Under the pieces are notes generated by a model, which was given only the letters and a program-made list of their open reading frames with translations, was not told the DNA's origin and did not search any database. Of a stretch of DNA of 64,000 bases, positions 29,938-47,579 are shown piece after piece; the stretch's first letter is position 1, and every line of letters begins with the position of its first letter. Position numbers and translations under genes: made by a program. This stretch comes from the human T2T-CHM13v2.0 reference genome, Homo sapiens. The DNA is taken from NCBI RefSeq assembly GCF_009914755.1, contig NC_060929.1; one strand, 5' to 3'.

Positions 29938-30589
29938 ACACTTGGACACAGGGCAGGCAACATCACACACTGGGGCCTGTCGTGGGGTGGGGTGCTATGG
30001 GAGGGATAGCATTAGGAGATATACCTAATGTAAATGACAAATTAATGGGTGCAGCAAACCAACATGGGACATGTATACGTATGTAACAAACCTGCGCATT
30101 GTGCACATGTACCCTAGAACTTAACGTAAAAAAAATGCATACAGAAAAATAAATAAAAATAAAAATAAAATAAAGTATACTCACCATCGTTTTGTGTGTA
30201 AAATTGGAGACTCTCAACAGGTACTGCAATGGCTGACCTTGGTGTTGGCAATAATGCATGACGGGAGAGGTGGATGTTTAAACAATCTTGATTCGTGCCT
30301 TGATTTACAGCAAAAATAAAAACCTTAGCAGTCTAAATGTAGTTAGATGCCAAGTCAGAACATATAATAAAAACTTTACGTGCAAATATACGGAATGTGC
30401 TAAATTTAATATACATTACAATTTTTATTATTTGAGATTCAGTTAGCCCATGTCTTTAACTAGAGAAAAGAGAATAGTTTCAAATAGCATTTAATACAAT
30501 ATGTGTTCTTTACACATGTCTTCTATTTTAGCCAAATTATACTATTTGTGAAGACCAGCATTATCCAGATAACTCATGGTGAAGTCTCG

Positions 30590-30825
30590 GATATGATAGT
30601 TAAAATAATAAGTTTTGGAATCTAACAGAGTTTCAAATCCCAGCTCTATCACTTACTAATATATCTTTGTAGGGAAGATAAATAACCTCTTGGAATTGGT
30701 TTTTATTATAGTAAAATAGGAATAATAGTATGTATTTCAAGGATTATTAAGGCTTAAGTAAGGCAATTTTTTGCAAAGTGCTTAGCTCAGTTTCAGGAAG
30801 AGAGAAAACACTCAATAAATTTGTA
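30590..30825 (+). mobile_element. MIR, near full length
   Basis: ttcaaatcccagctctatcacttacta...aaagtgcttagctcag...cactcaataaat. Confidence 0.75.
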
Positions 30826-31899
30826 CCATTACAGGTGAATTGTAATCTTGCTGAAGGCAGATATCATGCTTTAGGTTTCTTCTGTATCCTCCACAGGGTT
30901 TACAATATTTTTTGGAAAACAATAGGCTTTTCTCTGCATACACATGAGTTTTATAATGTATTGATAGATTTCTGATGTGCTATTGGGATGTGCTTTCACA
31001 CACACTGTTGACTACATGCAACTACATGGAAAATGCAGATTTATCATTATAGGCTTAGTTCTGTGTGTTTTTCTATTATAGAATTAAACATAAGTCTGGC
31101 TTGTAGACAACTCAAGAAAGCATTGAGAAGATTTCTTTTCTCTCCATTTAAGGAAGACCAACTGCACAATGAAAAACAGAATTGGGTTCATTGTCAGCTA
31201 CACAAGTGCAGTTTCCTCTTCTTGAGGAATTTTTTTGTTGTTGTTGTTGATGGCTTTTAAGAATGCAAACAATTACCCAATTTCCTTCCTCCTTCAGTAG
31301 GCTTGTAAATGACTAGTTGTGGAAAACATTGTGAAATCTTGCTCTCAAATGATGTTATGCCTCATGTGGCCATTTAATAAAGCACATCCTACCCACAATT
31401 GAGAAAGCAACACTAAAAGTTTATTGTGATCTGAATTCTACGAGGATATATATTATGTTTCCATAAGATGCTTGTACACAGTGTTTACCCCTGTGCTTAT
31501 GGCAATTTTTTTCTTTTCTTTCTTTCTTTTTTTTTTTAAAGCAGGCTAAGCTGTAGGGAAAAGGGGAAGGTTATTGATTTACTAAGTACATCTCATTTAC
31601 AAGATGGTATAAATTTGCTGGTGAATTTCTAATCCTGGTTGTCAGTGCTCTTTCTGTCATGGTTCCTGGAAAAGAAATATAGAGATGTGTGACAGGCAAA
31701 TCATTGGTGCCTCTTTTTATCTAATGACAAACCAGTGATAACAATCACATATATAGATGACGTAAAATTCTGCGAATAACTTTGAAACCTATCCTCTGAG
31801 TTCTTCTATGTCACTTACGTCTGCATAACTGAATAATATAAACATGGTGTTCTTATAAGATTAATTGTTTCAAGGACAGAATATTTTATTAAACCTTTT

Positions 31900-32605
31900 C
31901 AGAATCATTCATATTATAAAATTACTACATGTTCAGAATAATAACATATGAGAAATAGAGAAAAGTATTTTAAAATGTAAAATTACTCATATACCCATTC
32001 TCAGAGAAAACTTCTATTAGAATTCTCTTACAGTTACTTCAAGTATTGAATCAATAGGTGTGACAGCATAGGTTTATTTTCTCCTCAAAATTATGGCCAT
32101 ACTGAAAATAAAATTTGGAACTTTTTCTCCAAATAATAATTTCATATAACTTTTGAATTATTTTTATTTTCACTTAATGAAAAAGTCTATGTTTCTAAGA
32201 CATTATATAATCCTGCAAACAAGGTTTATAAAAGTTAGAGAATTCCAGTCTACGAATGTGCCACAAATGTTTTAATTTTATTTTTTGTGAACTTTGATTA
32301 TTTTTGTTTTTTATACTGTCATCAATTACAATAGCCTCATTGTGTTTATGCATTGTGGATTCAGATTATTTCATTAGGACAAATTAATTAAAGTGGAAAC
32401 ATTAGGTAAAAAATGATGAAAATATTTCAGACATTTGATATATGACACCAAACCTACTTCCACAATGATATACTGATTTTTAATCCTAATGGTGACATAT
32501 GAAAGATATATTTCACTTACTTCACTTTACTTGTCCATAAAATGTTTTATAGGCAAAACCAATACTATTGTTTCAATTTGCATGTTTTATTACTACTGGT
32601 GATAA
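31900..32605 (-). mobile_element. Ancient L1ME/MC 3' region
   Basis: Diverged antisense L1 3' sequence, e.g. attatttcattaggacaaatt...attgtttcaatttgcatg. Confidence 0.5.
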
Positions 32606-32607
32606 AA

Positions 32608-34200
32608 TTCCAGAATTTCAGTTTGATTCTTTCTTAAAATTACTATTTTGACTTTTAGCTCTTGAAGCGTTCTACTGGATTCCATGAATTCCATGGAGTG
32701 GCTTTCAACTTTCTCCTGAATCCCAATGAGTTTCCCTACCGTCTACATTCTTAATTTTTTGTCTGTCATTTCAGTCATTTCAGACTGGTTAAGAACCATT
32801 GCTGGGAAACTAATGGGCTTGTTTGCAGGTAAGGGGATACTCTTGCTTTTGGAATTGTCAGAGGTCTTGCACTGATCTGCTCTCAACTGAATGGGCTGGT
32901 GTTCCTTTAACTTCGGTGTAAGTTGAGTATAGTGAATTGGCTTCATTTCTGATTGCTTTCAGAGGGCCAAGGCGCTCTCTGTACAGGATCTTTATATGTG
33001 GCTGGATTATTTACCTGGCTTTCACAGGCACTGCTTATTGGCATAATCATTTTGGTTTTGTATTTTGGGCAGCAGTCTGCTACAAGGTGCTTAAGAGTAA
33101 TGTCTGTTATATAGGCTCTTACTCAACCATGTGGCTTTTGCATTTCAGCACATTCACAACTGTCCTCTGTGGTGCAGTGGGGAGAGAGATGATCCCCTAA
33201 TCAAGTAACTGGAGGAGGACCCTCCAATTACTGGCACTATGCCCATATTTTTTTTGTTACATGTTCCAGACTGAAGGGCTCCCTTGGGCAGAAGCTGAGG
33301 CTGGGAGATGGGCCACACCCTTCCCAGACTGGCCGTGTGGAGGGAGGCACACCCTGCTCCCATGCTGGCCCACAAACCCATACATCTCACCCCTCTCAGT
33401 GTTCTGAATGCTTGAGCACCAGCCATAGATTTTGGCTTGGTACTCCTGGGCTACACACTGCAACCCTGTGATGTTGGGACTGGCCCATGGCTTCTTCCTC
33501 CAGCATTTTGGGGTCAGTAGCCAACTGTGCTAGGGGATCCAAAGAGCTTCCAGGCTTCCAGGAAAGTATCATGATGGATTAATGGCACAGAACTCAGCCT
33601 GGGCTACGCAGGCTGGAGTGTGCACATAGAACTGCAGGAGCAGCAAGTTAGGGGCCTTAGGAGGAGCTGGTGAACAGGAAGGACTGCAGAACAGATGTGC
33701 CCCAGTCCTGCAGAAAAGTTGGCCATGCTTTCTCTTGGCCCAGCAGTTAGCAAAGGTTAGAGCTACTTGGAGAAATATGGGGAGGCTTGAGGGATGGGTA
33801 CTCTTGGCTTTATTCTACTGCAGCTACCCTGCATGCAAAATCCCCTGGGGTCCATGCAGGCTGGAGCTCTGTCTCTGCTTACTCTCCCGGCAGATGCCCC
33901 ACGCCAGTTCAAATGTCCATGAGGGTCTTGGGATCTTTTATAGCTAGGATCTCAGAGGTCTACAGTGAGAGTAGGCTATCCCACCATTCCTTCACTCACC
34001 CCTTTCTCTAGGAGCCATTCAGGGCTTGCAGTTAGCCTAGGCATTCAGCAACCCCACAGAGCCTCAGTGTCTGTGTTGCCTCTCTATTGTCTTTTGTTTT
34101 TTTATCTCTAAAGATTTGTCTAAAATATGTTGGTTTACTTGAGATTCTGGTCTCTCTCAGTGGGAGTAGTACTTCCTGACTACATGTAGTCAGATATTTT
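32608..34200 (-). mobile_element. L1P4-type (L1PA15/16-like) 5'UTR plus start of ORF1 only
   Basis: tcagtcatttcagactggttaagaaccattgctggg is antisense ORF1 (MVLNQSEMTEMTD..LR); 5' terminus ...catgtagtcagatattttc at ~34200. Confidence 0.8.
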
Positions 34201-34629
34201 CTAAAATTTCTGTATTTGTGTTTTAAGCCCCACACAAAAGCATAATTGTTATTCAACGAATCTGCACACTCCAAAGATGAACAAATGCTCCCAAGTCTCT
34301 GGGAACTGTCTGGGTGAGCTCCAGTTAGGTCAAGTAGGACACTGGGATGATTCCAACAACCTCCCCCAGCCAGTTCTGCAATGTTTTTCTATAACTATTA
34401 TTTCTTAAGTAATAGTTAATTTGTCCTTTTTAGGGCTTTTCTTGTCATGTATTGGTATAAAGCTTTAGGATAGCTTTATTGAATAAATTGATTTTTTTTA
34501 AATTTTATTTTATATATTCTATAGTTCTTATATTTTAATTTTTCTAGTCAGTTAATAATTAACTTCTGTTTTCAAACATATTTTACCATATAAGGTCTGC
34601 TCCAATTTATTGAAAAATCCTGCCCAGTA

Positions 34630-34782
34630 TCAGGGCTTCCCATAGCAAACTGTATTTCAGAACCACCTGAGAACTATTTTTAAAATGTCTGAGAATTTGT
34701 GTGGGTTTCTTTTTTTTTCAAGTTTTCTGCTTTACTCTTGTGTGCAGTAACTCTGTGGACCTGGGCTTTGGAACCACTGAAT
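34630..34782. mobile_element. MER5-like hAT-Charlie MITE
   Basis: cagggcttccc...cagaaccacctgaga...ggctttggaaccactg termini. Confidence 0.45.
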
Positions 34783-35114
34783 ACTTTCCATTATCATTTT
34801 TTTTAAAGTTCTTTCATGTGTGTATGTATATTTAGAAGTTGTTGCTACAAAGTTCTTGGGCCTTCTGAGGACTTTTTTTTTCCTTAGGGGCCAAATCTGA
34901 TTACTGATGGAGTCTCCTTATATCCTTCTTGTCTACAAAGCCCAGAGACTACTCTAAGACCTAATCGTAGAAAGACTATTTACTGCCTGTCTGACTCCTT
35001 TTTCCTTAACCTTGACTTTATACAAGTTCTTACAGTGAGTTTACCCTCACATACATACTGTACTACTTTATTTTAGCTATTTTTATAACTTATTCTAAAA
35101 TATAAAACTGAGTA

Positions 35115-35595
<481 letters not shown>

Positions 35596-36369
35596 ATTGT
35601 GAAATGAAGTGGAAAATTAATAAAAATGTAAAACAATGGTATTTTTAAAATTAATAACAGCAATAAGTATTGCCTTGTCCTTGGTTGCTGTGTAATTCTC
35701 TCATCCTATCTGTTTCTATTTCTAAAATTCCTGTAATTGTGGTCAATTGTTTGTGTTCATCTTCTATATCTTGGAGTCACCAAATATGAGGCTGTATTAT
35801 CTGTATTTATAAAAATCAGTTTAAAATTATGTCCTTAAATCATCTATTGAAATTGCTTTCAATCACATTGCTACCACTGTAAGACTAATAATTCCATCTT
35901 GAACAATGTCTTCCTTATTACCTTTCTGTATGTGCTATAACTCAGGCTTACTTTGGTGCAAAATGAAATGTTTTCATGAATATTTAGGATAAGATATGAA
36001 TGTAAAGAAGTAATGACAGTATAATTTATGGTCCTAACTACCACACTGCTGAGAGTAAACTGGTAAACCATTAAAACAAGCCATAACAACAAGAATAAAA
36101 CTAAGATCAATCAGGGCAAACTGAAAGGTGAGATGATTCCAGTCTGAAAGTAAATAAAACACTGAGATCTTTCTTTTGGTGAAAAGCTTTTGACTGTGTC
36201 CTCAGGTCCCTGGGGTATGAATTAATGTTCTTCTGCATAATGGCATATTAGTGAAAATATTTGTGAATGTGTTGTGATGATGATGTTTTTAAAAAGCAAA
36301 ATGGAAACCCTTGTTCTTTTTGCCTAAGTTACTCATATTTGTCATTTAAGCTAAATATCTCAAGTCCTC

Positions 36370-36600
36370 CTGTTGTTCTAGGCATTTCTTCACAGCACTA
36401 GCCAAAATTGCAATTCTGTATTCATTAATTATATAGTTAACCCCTCCCCATCTAAAATGCATATACTGAAGGCAGACACCATGGTTTTGTTTGTTTATTT
36501 TGTTTGTTTGTTTGTTTGTTTCCTGGCTAACGAATGCCCTACACCCATTTTGGTCTTTCACACAAAAAAGGTTTTAAAGAATGTTTAACAAATGAGTAAG
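36370..36600 (+). mobile_element. L2 3' end with (GTTT)n
   Basis: cttcacagcactagcc...tgaaggcagacaccatgg...aatgtttaacaaatgag. Confidence 0.45.
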
Positions 36601-37369
36601 ACGGTGACAAAATGTCTTCTGTCTCACTTCCGTCCATTAAACTCTACAACAATTCTGAGGAAAATAAACTTTGAAAACTATGAAACATTTGAAGAATCAA
36701 GTGGAATTGATTCTTCCCTTCTGCACACCATTTTTCTATCTGGAAGCTCTAGTTTCTAAGAGAATTCTAACACTCTTGCTTTCATGCCATTATTTCTCTA
36801 ATGGATTTTGAGTGGCATATAGGAAATCAGAGAGTAATTAAGAGGTAATAAAAATAAGATTTGCAAACTAAAAGTAGGCTTTTAAATATTTTTTTGGTTA
36901 TGCACTAGCTTCTTTTGGCTAATGGCAACCACTCTATTTTGAATACATATAAATATAAATGCTTTTTGACTTTTATTTAGGATACTGGAAAAATAAATGT
37001 AGATAAAGAAAAATTATAATGTATTGTGAAAAATAATTCCCCAAACTCCATTTTTGAGTGTATTTATTCATTTTGTGTAAGAAAATGATATTCTAAAAAA
37101 TGTCTAACATTCTAGAGTCAAAATTAGTTATCATTAGAAACATTTAAAATAATTCAGAAAACAAACCAAAAAACACCGATTATTATCTATACGTAAAGCA
37201 TGGGTCTTATTTTAAGAGTTTATATACAAGTTAGGGAGGATTTTGTTGAAATCCATCCAAAGAACTCAAGCCAGAAAACAGAAATTCATAAACCGTTAAT
37301 TCTTAATATATTTCTAAATGGTTTATAGTTTGGGCAGAATCTGTAAGAAGTAAGTAGCTGTTTTTGCAT

Positions 37370-37530
37370 TTCAATTCAATTCCATTTGTTTCAACAAACA
37401 CTACCAGGCATTCTTCGAGTGTGTAGGAGCTAAAAGATGAATTTTATCCTCGAAGGAGTTAAGATTCAAGTAGGGGAGACAAACATAAAAAAACCTGATT
37501 AATGACAGATTTCAACTGTACTGCATGAGT
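37370..37530 (-). mobile_element. L2 3' end fragment
   Basis: ttcaacaaacactaccaggcatt...aaggagttaagattcaagtaggggagacaaaca. Confidence 0.45.
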
Positions 37531-38544
37531 ATATTACTATGCCTCTAATCTTTGGTTAGAATATCTTTAGAACACTCTAATTAAAAACAAAATCATATTA
37601 TTGTATCCTTGTATTTAATACAACTAAAATTTTATTAAGGATATATTAAGACATTAGCTATTATTAACTATTATTATGTTAGGGAACATATCTTAACCTA
37701 AAGAAAAAAAGGACATTTATTTGCAGAGTTGTCCTATATGTGATATCGTGCTACTAATCCTCAATAACTGATTTGACAAGTGTGGCCCAATTAGGCCTCC
37801 CTGGCATCTCATCCAGAGCCAGGGCTTGCATGCAGATTGGTGCACCACTAATAGGCATATATTGCTAAAAGACCTCATGCCTGCAACCACTGCCATTTTC
37901 TAAATTTGCTTCAGCTCATTCGGTTTTGTGATTTTTGGCTTCTGTTTGCAGCCGTGAAACTGCTTTCTAAAATTCATCTGTTCCCCTAATAGATTTTTTT
38001 TGGACAGAGGCGATGAATTGGGGAGATTCAATAACTATAATTACTGACATGTTTTAAAAGGTGAGCTAAGGAAGCCTGCAACTCCTATGATATTTAAAAT
38101 GCTCTCCAATTCAATTTTTACTTTTCCTTCATCACATTCCCTAAGAAAATATAGTCATGATTTAAGTTTATTAAATTGTGTTGTTTTTTTTCAGTTATAC
38201 AAGAATAAAAAGAAATTATAAATTATTTTAAAAATTTCCATATAAATATATTTGGGAAAGTGATATACTTGAGTGTGACCAAATATTTTCTTATTGTTAT
38301 TTTACTCTATGTAGCCATGGTAAAATGTTATCATGGAATTAATACCAAATCTAAACACATTGCTCTTTAAAATAAAGATTACCTTATATTCGTGAAGTAA
38401 AACTGGTCAGCAATTAGGCTTTTTGCCACTTCAGTAATACAGTCTTGGATAAGATAAAGGAGCCAAGAGTCGTCTTCTGATTAAACATTGCCTTTGTATT
38501 AAATTCTGAATAAAGTTGAAGAAAACTTCGAGGGCATATGTCTC

Positions 38545-41474
<2,930 letters not shown>

Positions 41475-42505
41475 AAAATAAATTGGCATCTATTAACTTC
41501 CAGTTTGATGCTTTCTTGGTTCTAGGAAATTTATGTTCTTAGATTAAAATTAGTTTTATTAAGTGTCATTGGTTACTTATTTTTTCTGACATCAACTTTT
41601 TTACCTGTAAAGTGATGGCAGAATAATAGCCATAACAAAACTAACATATTTTAATATATTACATTGGAAATTCTATTAAAAAAGGATAAAGAACTGTACT
41701 ATTAAGAGGTATTGTTATTTTGCAATAGATTTTTATATACAGAACCCTACATGTACCCAAGCATACCCTTACTACGTTTTTATTTTTTGCTAACCTTTTG
41801 CTTTTACCAAAAGGTTTATTGATTCTTATTCTAGATATTGTTTTATTCCACTTTTGAAAATAGATGCCACAGGCTACAGACTAATTCAGGGACTTTATTT
41901 TCTTTTAATTTAAACAGAACAGCATCTGGTCTTCTGACAGAAAATTCAACTTTGTTGGCAGCTACAGGGTTATCCCTTGGTGGGCCGATTAATGGATGTT
42001 TGAGTTTAGTTGCATTCTTAGCCACCATTACCCCATGATGTATGGTCTTCATTCCATGTATTTTCTATGTTGGTTTCACATACTGGGTTTTTAAAAATTA
42101 TTTCTACAACTGTAAAAAAGACTTAATGAGTCATATTTTATGGCTGGCTGATGTAAATTGTTTTATTCTAACTTAATAAAATCCTTTATCTTATCACTAT
42201 TTTTTTATATGCTAGCATTTCTTCTGCAATTTTAAACCTTCATATTTTCTCATATATCTAACCTTTTCCTATTAGTATTTCTTAATTTTCTTCAATATTT
42301 CTAATTTAACTACAAAGCAATTCTTCATGAAATCAGCAGAAAAGGTATTATGCAGAGATAATGTGGACTCTTATGGAGGACTCTTCTGGATTATTATTGT
42401 TATCATCACGATTCTTTTACAATGCACAAAAATTGTTTACATATATAGAGGAAGTTAAATTATTCTGTCCATTACAAGTTCTTATATGAAAGTACATTAA
42501 GTCAG

Positions 42506-42925
42506 TGCCTTAGTTTATGTTCTGTTGCTTTTAATGGAATATGTAAAATTGAGTAATTTATTTAAAAAATGATTTGATTCTTACACTTCTGGAAGCTGGA
42601 AGGCTCAAGGTCAAGGGGTCAATCCGGTGAGAGCCTTTCTGTTGGTGGTTGCTGTCTTCAAAGTCCCGAAGCAGTGCAGGGCATCACAAGGCGAGGGATA
42701 TGAGACTACTAACATGCCAGCTCAGGTCTCTCTTATTATTATTATAAAGCCACCAGTCCCACTCTCATGTTAACCCATTTGTCCATTAATCCATGAATAG
42801 ATTAATTCATTCGTGAGGGCTTAATTACTCCAATCACTTCCTAAAGACTCCATCTTTCAATACTGCTGCATTTAGGATTAGGTTTTATCGTGAATTTAGA
42901 AGGGACGAACATTCCAACTATAGCA
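42506..42925 (-). mobile_element. Solo MSTC-like MaLR LTR
   Basis: tgccttagt...aactatagca termini; cagggcatcacaaggcgaggg...aaagccaccagtcccact; perfect 5-bp TSD GTCAG (42501-42505, 42926-42930). Confidence 0.9.
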
Positions 42926-43223
42926 GTCAGCATGGGGGAAATAAATTGAAAGTGGGAAACTTCTAAACCTGAGGTAAGCTCTATTAAGAAAAGAACAAAG
43001 AAATAAAATGATTACTTACTAGGAACTTATTCTGGGACCTAATTCAATTTCTGAACACCTGTGCCCTTATACAATTTTACTTGTCTTATTCACACTAATT
43101 GGGCCAGTCAGATATGATTATAATAAATCATATACATGACAGCTAAATAGATCAATAAAATATGTAACTATAATAATAGTTTAAAATATTTAATAATAAA
43201 AATGTGTTTATTCACTTACAACT

Positions 43224-44082
<859 letters not shown>

Positions 44083-44087
44083 ATATA

Positions 44088-44220
44088 TATTTTAAATGAG
44101 TAAACAAAGGGACACAGAGAATATATACCTCTCTCAAGTTTACATAGATATCAAAGAGAAAATGTAGGATTCAAATCAGACAATTCAGCTCCAGAACTCA
44201 CGCTTTCAAATATGTCACTA
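44088..44220 (-). mobile_element. MIR fragment
   Basis: gacacagaga...taggattcaaatcagacaattcagctccagaactcacgct. Confidence 0.55.
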
Positions 44221-44598
44221 TAATGCTGGTTACAGTCATTAAAATACTTCCAGTTTCCTTAGTGCTACATGGTGCTGGATGAACTAAATACTTACTTACC
44301 AAATAGTACTATAACAATGAATTTAACTGTGACCTGAAGCTTCCTTGTGCCTGAATTTTAAAATTTTCTTCCTGAGGTATGCCAAAAACAGGTTTGCATC
44401 TGTGTTTTCTTATTATCAACCTTACTCTTCTGACATCTTCTTGAGCATCTTGCAAGTAACTGACAGTACTCACTCTGCAGTATAATATCCTGTAAGATTA
44501 ATTTTAATGAGGATTTGATGTCTTCTTATATTTCTTGTGTTTCTCTGAAACAGTTTATTCCATTCTCTAAAAAGTTATGTTAATGCTGTGCCCCTTTC

Positions 44599-45175
44599 TG
44601 TAGTGGACATTTATTGATTTTTGCCTTTGCAGCATTGGTTATCCCTTCTTTATGTAACTGCTCATTATTTTGATTTTTTGCACCTAGGATTCAATAATCC
44701 TCACCCCACTTTCTACCTCCTGGATTGGTCTCAACATCCATAGCTGCTAGTGAGATTCCCATATTCCCCTGTCCATAGTGATTGGTTCAGAAGTATACAT
44801 GTGAACTTAGCTTGATCAGTCCAAGAGAATGGGCCTCAGTCTTGAGGCTTTTTCTTTAATTATTGATAGAAGGCAAACTCTGCTTTAGGTTGCTAGATTT
44901 TGAAAGTAAGCCTGGGTCTTTCAATGGCCATTTTGGCACTAGGAAATTTCCCTTCAGAGAATGAAGCCAACATAGATGGCAGCAGGGCCAAGAGATGGAG
45001 AGAAAAACATTTTCTGTCAATATTATTTAAGCACTTGATCCAGATATGCTATAACTAAAGTTCAAAATATTTCTGGACATTCATTTTGTGATGCAATAAT
45101 GTCCACGCCATGCTTTATTTTTTCTTAAGCCATTTTGATTTGGAAGATTACTACTTTCAACAAGCTTCAAATATT
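44599..45175 (+). mobile_element. MLT1K-like MaLR LTR
   Basis: tgtagtggacat start; ccatagtgattggttcag; gagaatgaagccaacatagatggcagcagggccaagagatggagaga; cttaagccattttgatttgg near end. Confidence 0.7.
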
Positions 45176-45457
45176 TTGCATTCCTAGTTTCATTATTTCT
45201 AAAATTGTGTATTTTAATTTTATTCCCAATTTATCTCCCCTTTTACAATGTTACAGTGCTGTGATTTTTTTGATGTCCCAATTTTAAAACATCTCTAAAA
45301 ATTGTTTCCCTTGAAACAAGAAAAATCTTGTTGTATTTATTTATTTACTAATCAATTATAGTTGGGTTACAACAATGCATTATATTAGATAAATAAATAA
45401 AAATATAAGAATAATTATGTGGAATGGTGAACTGATTGAAGAATAGTTCCTGGCTTT

Positions 45458-45848
45458 GGAATCTAAAAACATCAATCTCATAGAAATAGAGAGTAAAAAG
45501 GTGGTAGAATGGTTTACCAGAGGTTGGAGTGGTTAGTGGGGGATAAGGAGTTGGGGAATGTTAGTCAAAGATACATATATATAGTTAGATATGAGGAATA
45601 AGTTCAAGGTCTACTGTATAGCATGGTAACCAGTGTTAATGATGATATATTGTATTTTTTAAAATGCTAAGAAAGTGAATGCTAAATGTTCTCACCACAG
45701 AACTGATAACTATTTGAGGTAATTAATTTTTTAATTAGATTTCACCATTCCATAATGTATATATACTTCAAAACATCATATTGTACATAATAAATACATA
45801 TACATTTATACATCAATTTTTTTAAAAAATGATAAATTTCAAAAAAAA
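45458..45848 (+). mobile_element. 5'-truncated L1MA (MA7/8-like) 3' end
   Basis: ggaatctaaaaacatcaatctcatagaaatagagag...atgttctcaccaca...caaaacatcatattgtaca; degenerate TSD agttcctgg / agtccctgg. Confidence 0.85.
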
Positions 45849-46283
45849 GTCCCTGGTTGAAATATTAATGAATGTGGTGAATTAATATTTAGCTATTGTT
45901 TTAAATAACATAGCCCTATCTTATTGTTTAGAAAAAAATATAATAGTTGTATTGGCTGCATACTGTTTTTCATTAACAAACACCCGTGCCAAAATGTCAA
46001 CGATTTATAGGCTTATATCTCCATTTTGTATATGAGATAAATAGGTCAAGTATTCGAATACCATATAGAATCAAGGTCTTTAGGTTCTTAATTCAACACA
46101 CCTCTAACTGCAACACAAAGAAAACATTTGTTTGACATTGGTAAATCAAATAGAAATATCCTCACAGAAACACTGAATCTAACCCATTCCATGTCTATCA
46201 TCTTATCTTCAAGCTATATAGCTGAGGGCAGGGTCAGAAGCTGCCATGCTGTGTTACATGACAGGAATAAATAATGCAGAAAA

Positions 46284-46405
46284 CTTGTTCATTTATTTAA
46301 CCTTCAACTATTTATAGAAAGCAAATTACAACATGACAGGCACTATTTTGGAATGAAATTTCAGTGCATTGGTAAAGAAGTCTGACTCTGTTTTTAAGAT
46401 GAGCT
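46284..46405 (-). mobile_element. L2 3' end fragment
   Basis: ttcatttattta...tatttatagaaagc...caggcactatttt. Confidence 0.4.
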
Positions 46406-47579
46406 TCTTCTTTCATATTTCTCTATTATTACTGTATCAACTGAAAAAGGGTCTATTGTGTTATTCAATTATTCCTGGTATGTGAGCCTAATTCAAAGAT
46501 TTAGTTAACTAGGAAATCAAAGGGACCATAGAAGGCCTTGAATAATACATGAGTGAGTTTTAGAGTGAAATAAAACTATAAAGGTAGTGTAACATCTTGT
46601 CTGAGTTACAGTGATATCAGAGAACACACACAGACACAGACACACACACACAAACATTTTTTGCCTGGGTTTCTTCCCAGGTGAACATACTGTTAAGTCT
46701 CTCATATGAAAGACGTAGTTTACCCTAGCTTTTGAAGATTTGAGGCTGCTTTTTGAAGTTGAGGTAGGCACAATCTTTCTGCTTAAAAATTAGAATAGGA
46801 GCAAAGTATGGATAAGTATAGCAAGATGTTAAACCAAAATGTCATTTTTCATCTACAAACAGAGAACTTGCTACAACCTTAGCACTCAACCTTCCAAATG
46901 ATGCCAATTATGTTCACCCACCCTGCTGTGTTCTTAAAAGGAGAAGCACTAGGGGGATCAAAATTAAAACACTTAATTATTTTGTGTTTTAAATGTGAAC
47001 TCTCTCTAAAAAACAGCAGGTGGATCTTTATCACATCCACTTAAGTCCCTTTGGTCCCTGGACAGTTCCACTAATCATTTGAGTTTAAATACTTTTGAAT
47101 TGCCTTCATTCACACTACAAATATCTTCACCTTCTCTTGGAAGGGGGCTGCATACTTGGTTACTATTCAACCACTTATCTATTGATGTTACTGCCTGAGA
47201 ATTAAAGCTCCCTGGAGTTGGCTGATGAGCTTTCACAGAGAGTAAATGTGGCAACAATCCTGCAAATTAGGGCTAAGAGGAAATGGAGGCTAGAATCAGT
47301 TTCCAAAGGCATTTCTTAGAATTTGCAGAATTGCCATTATAGGAGGAATTATCTTCAGTAGAGTCAAATTTATACTTAACAACATGAAAAATCTTCTGAA
47401 ATCTTGATTATCCCAATGTCATTAGCAGAGAATGCCAAGGCATGTAAATAGACTATGATAACTGTAGAGAATCTCCTGACTTAGAAAAACATCCAAATAA
47501 TTCTGTAGATTTTTAATTTATTTATTTCAATTGTTTTGTATTCTTTTATCTTTTTTTGGTTAAAATCATACAACTTTTT

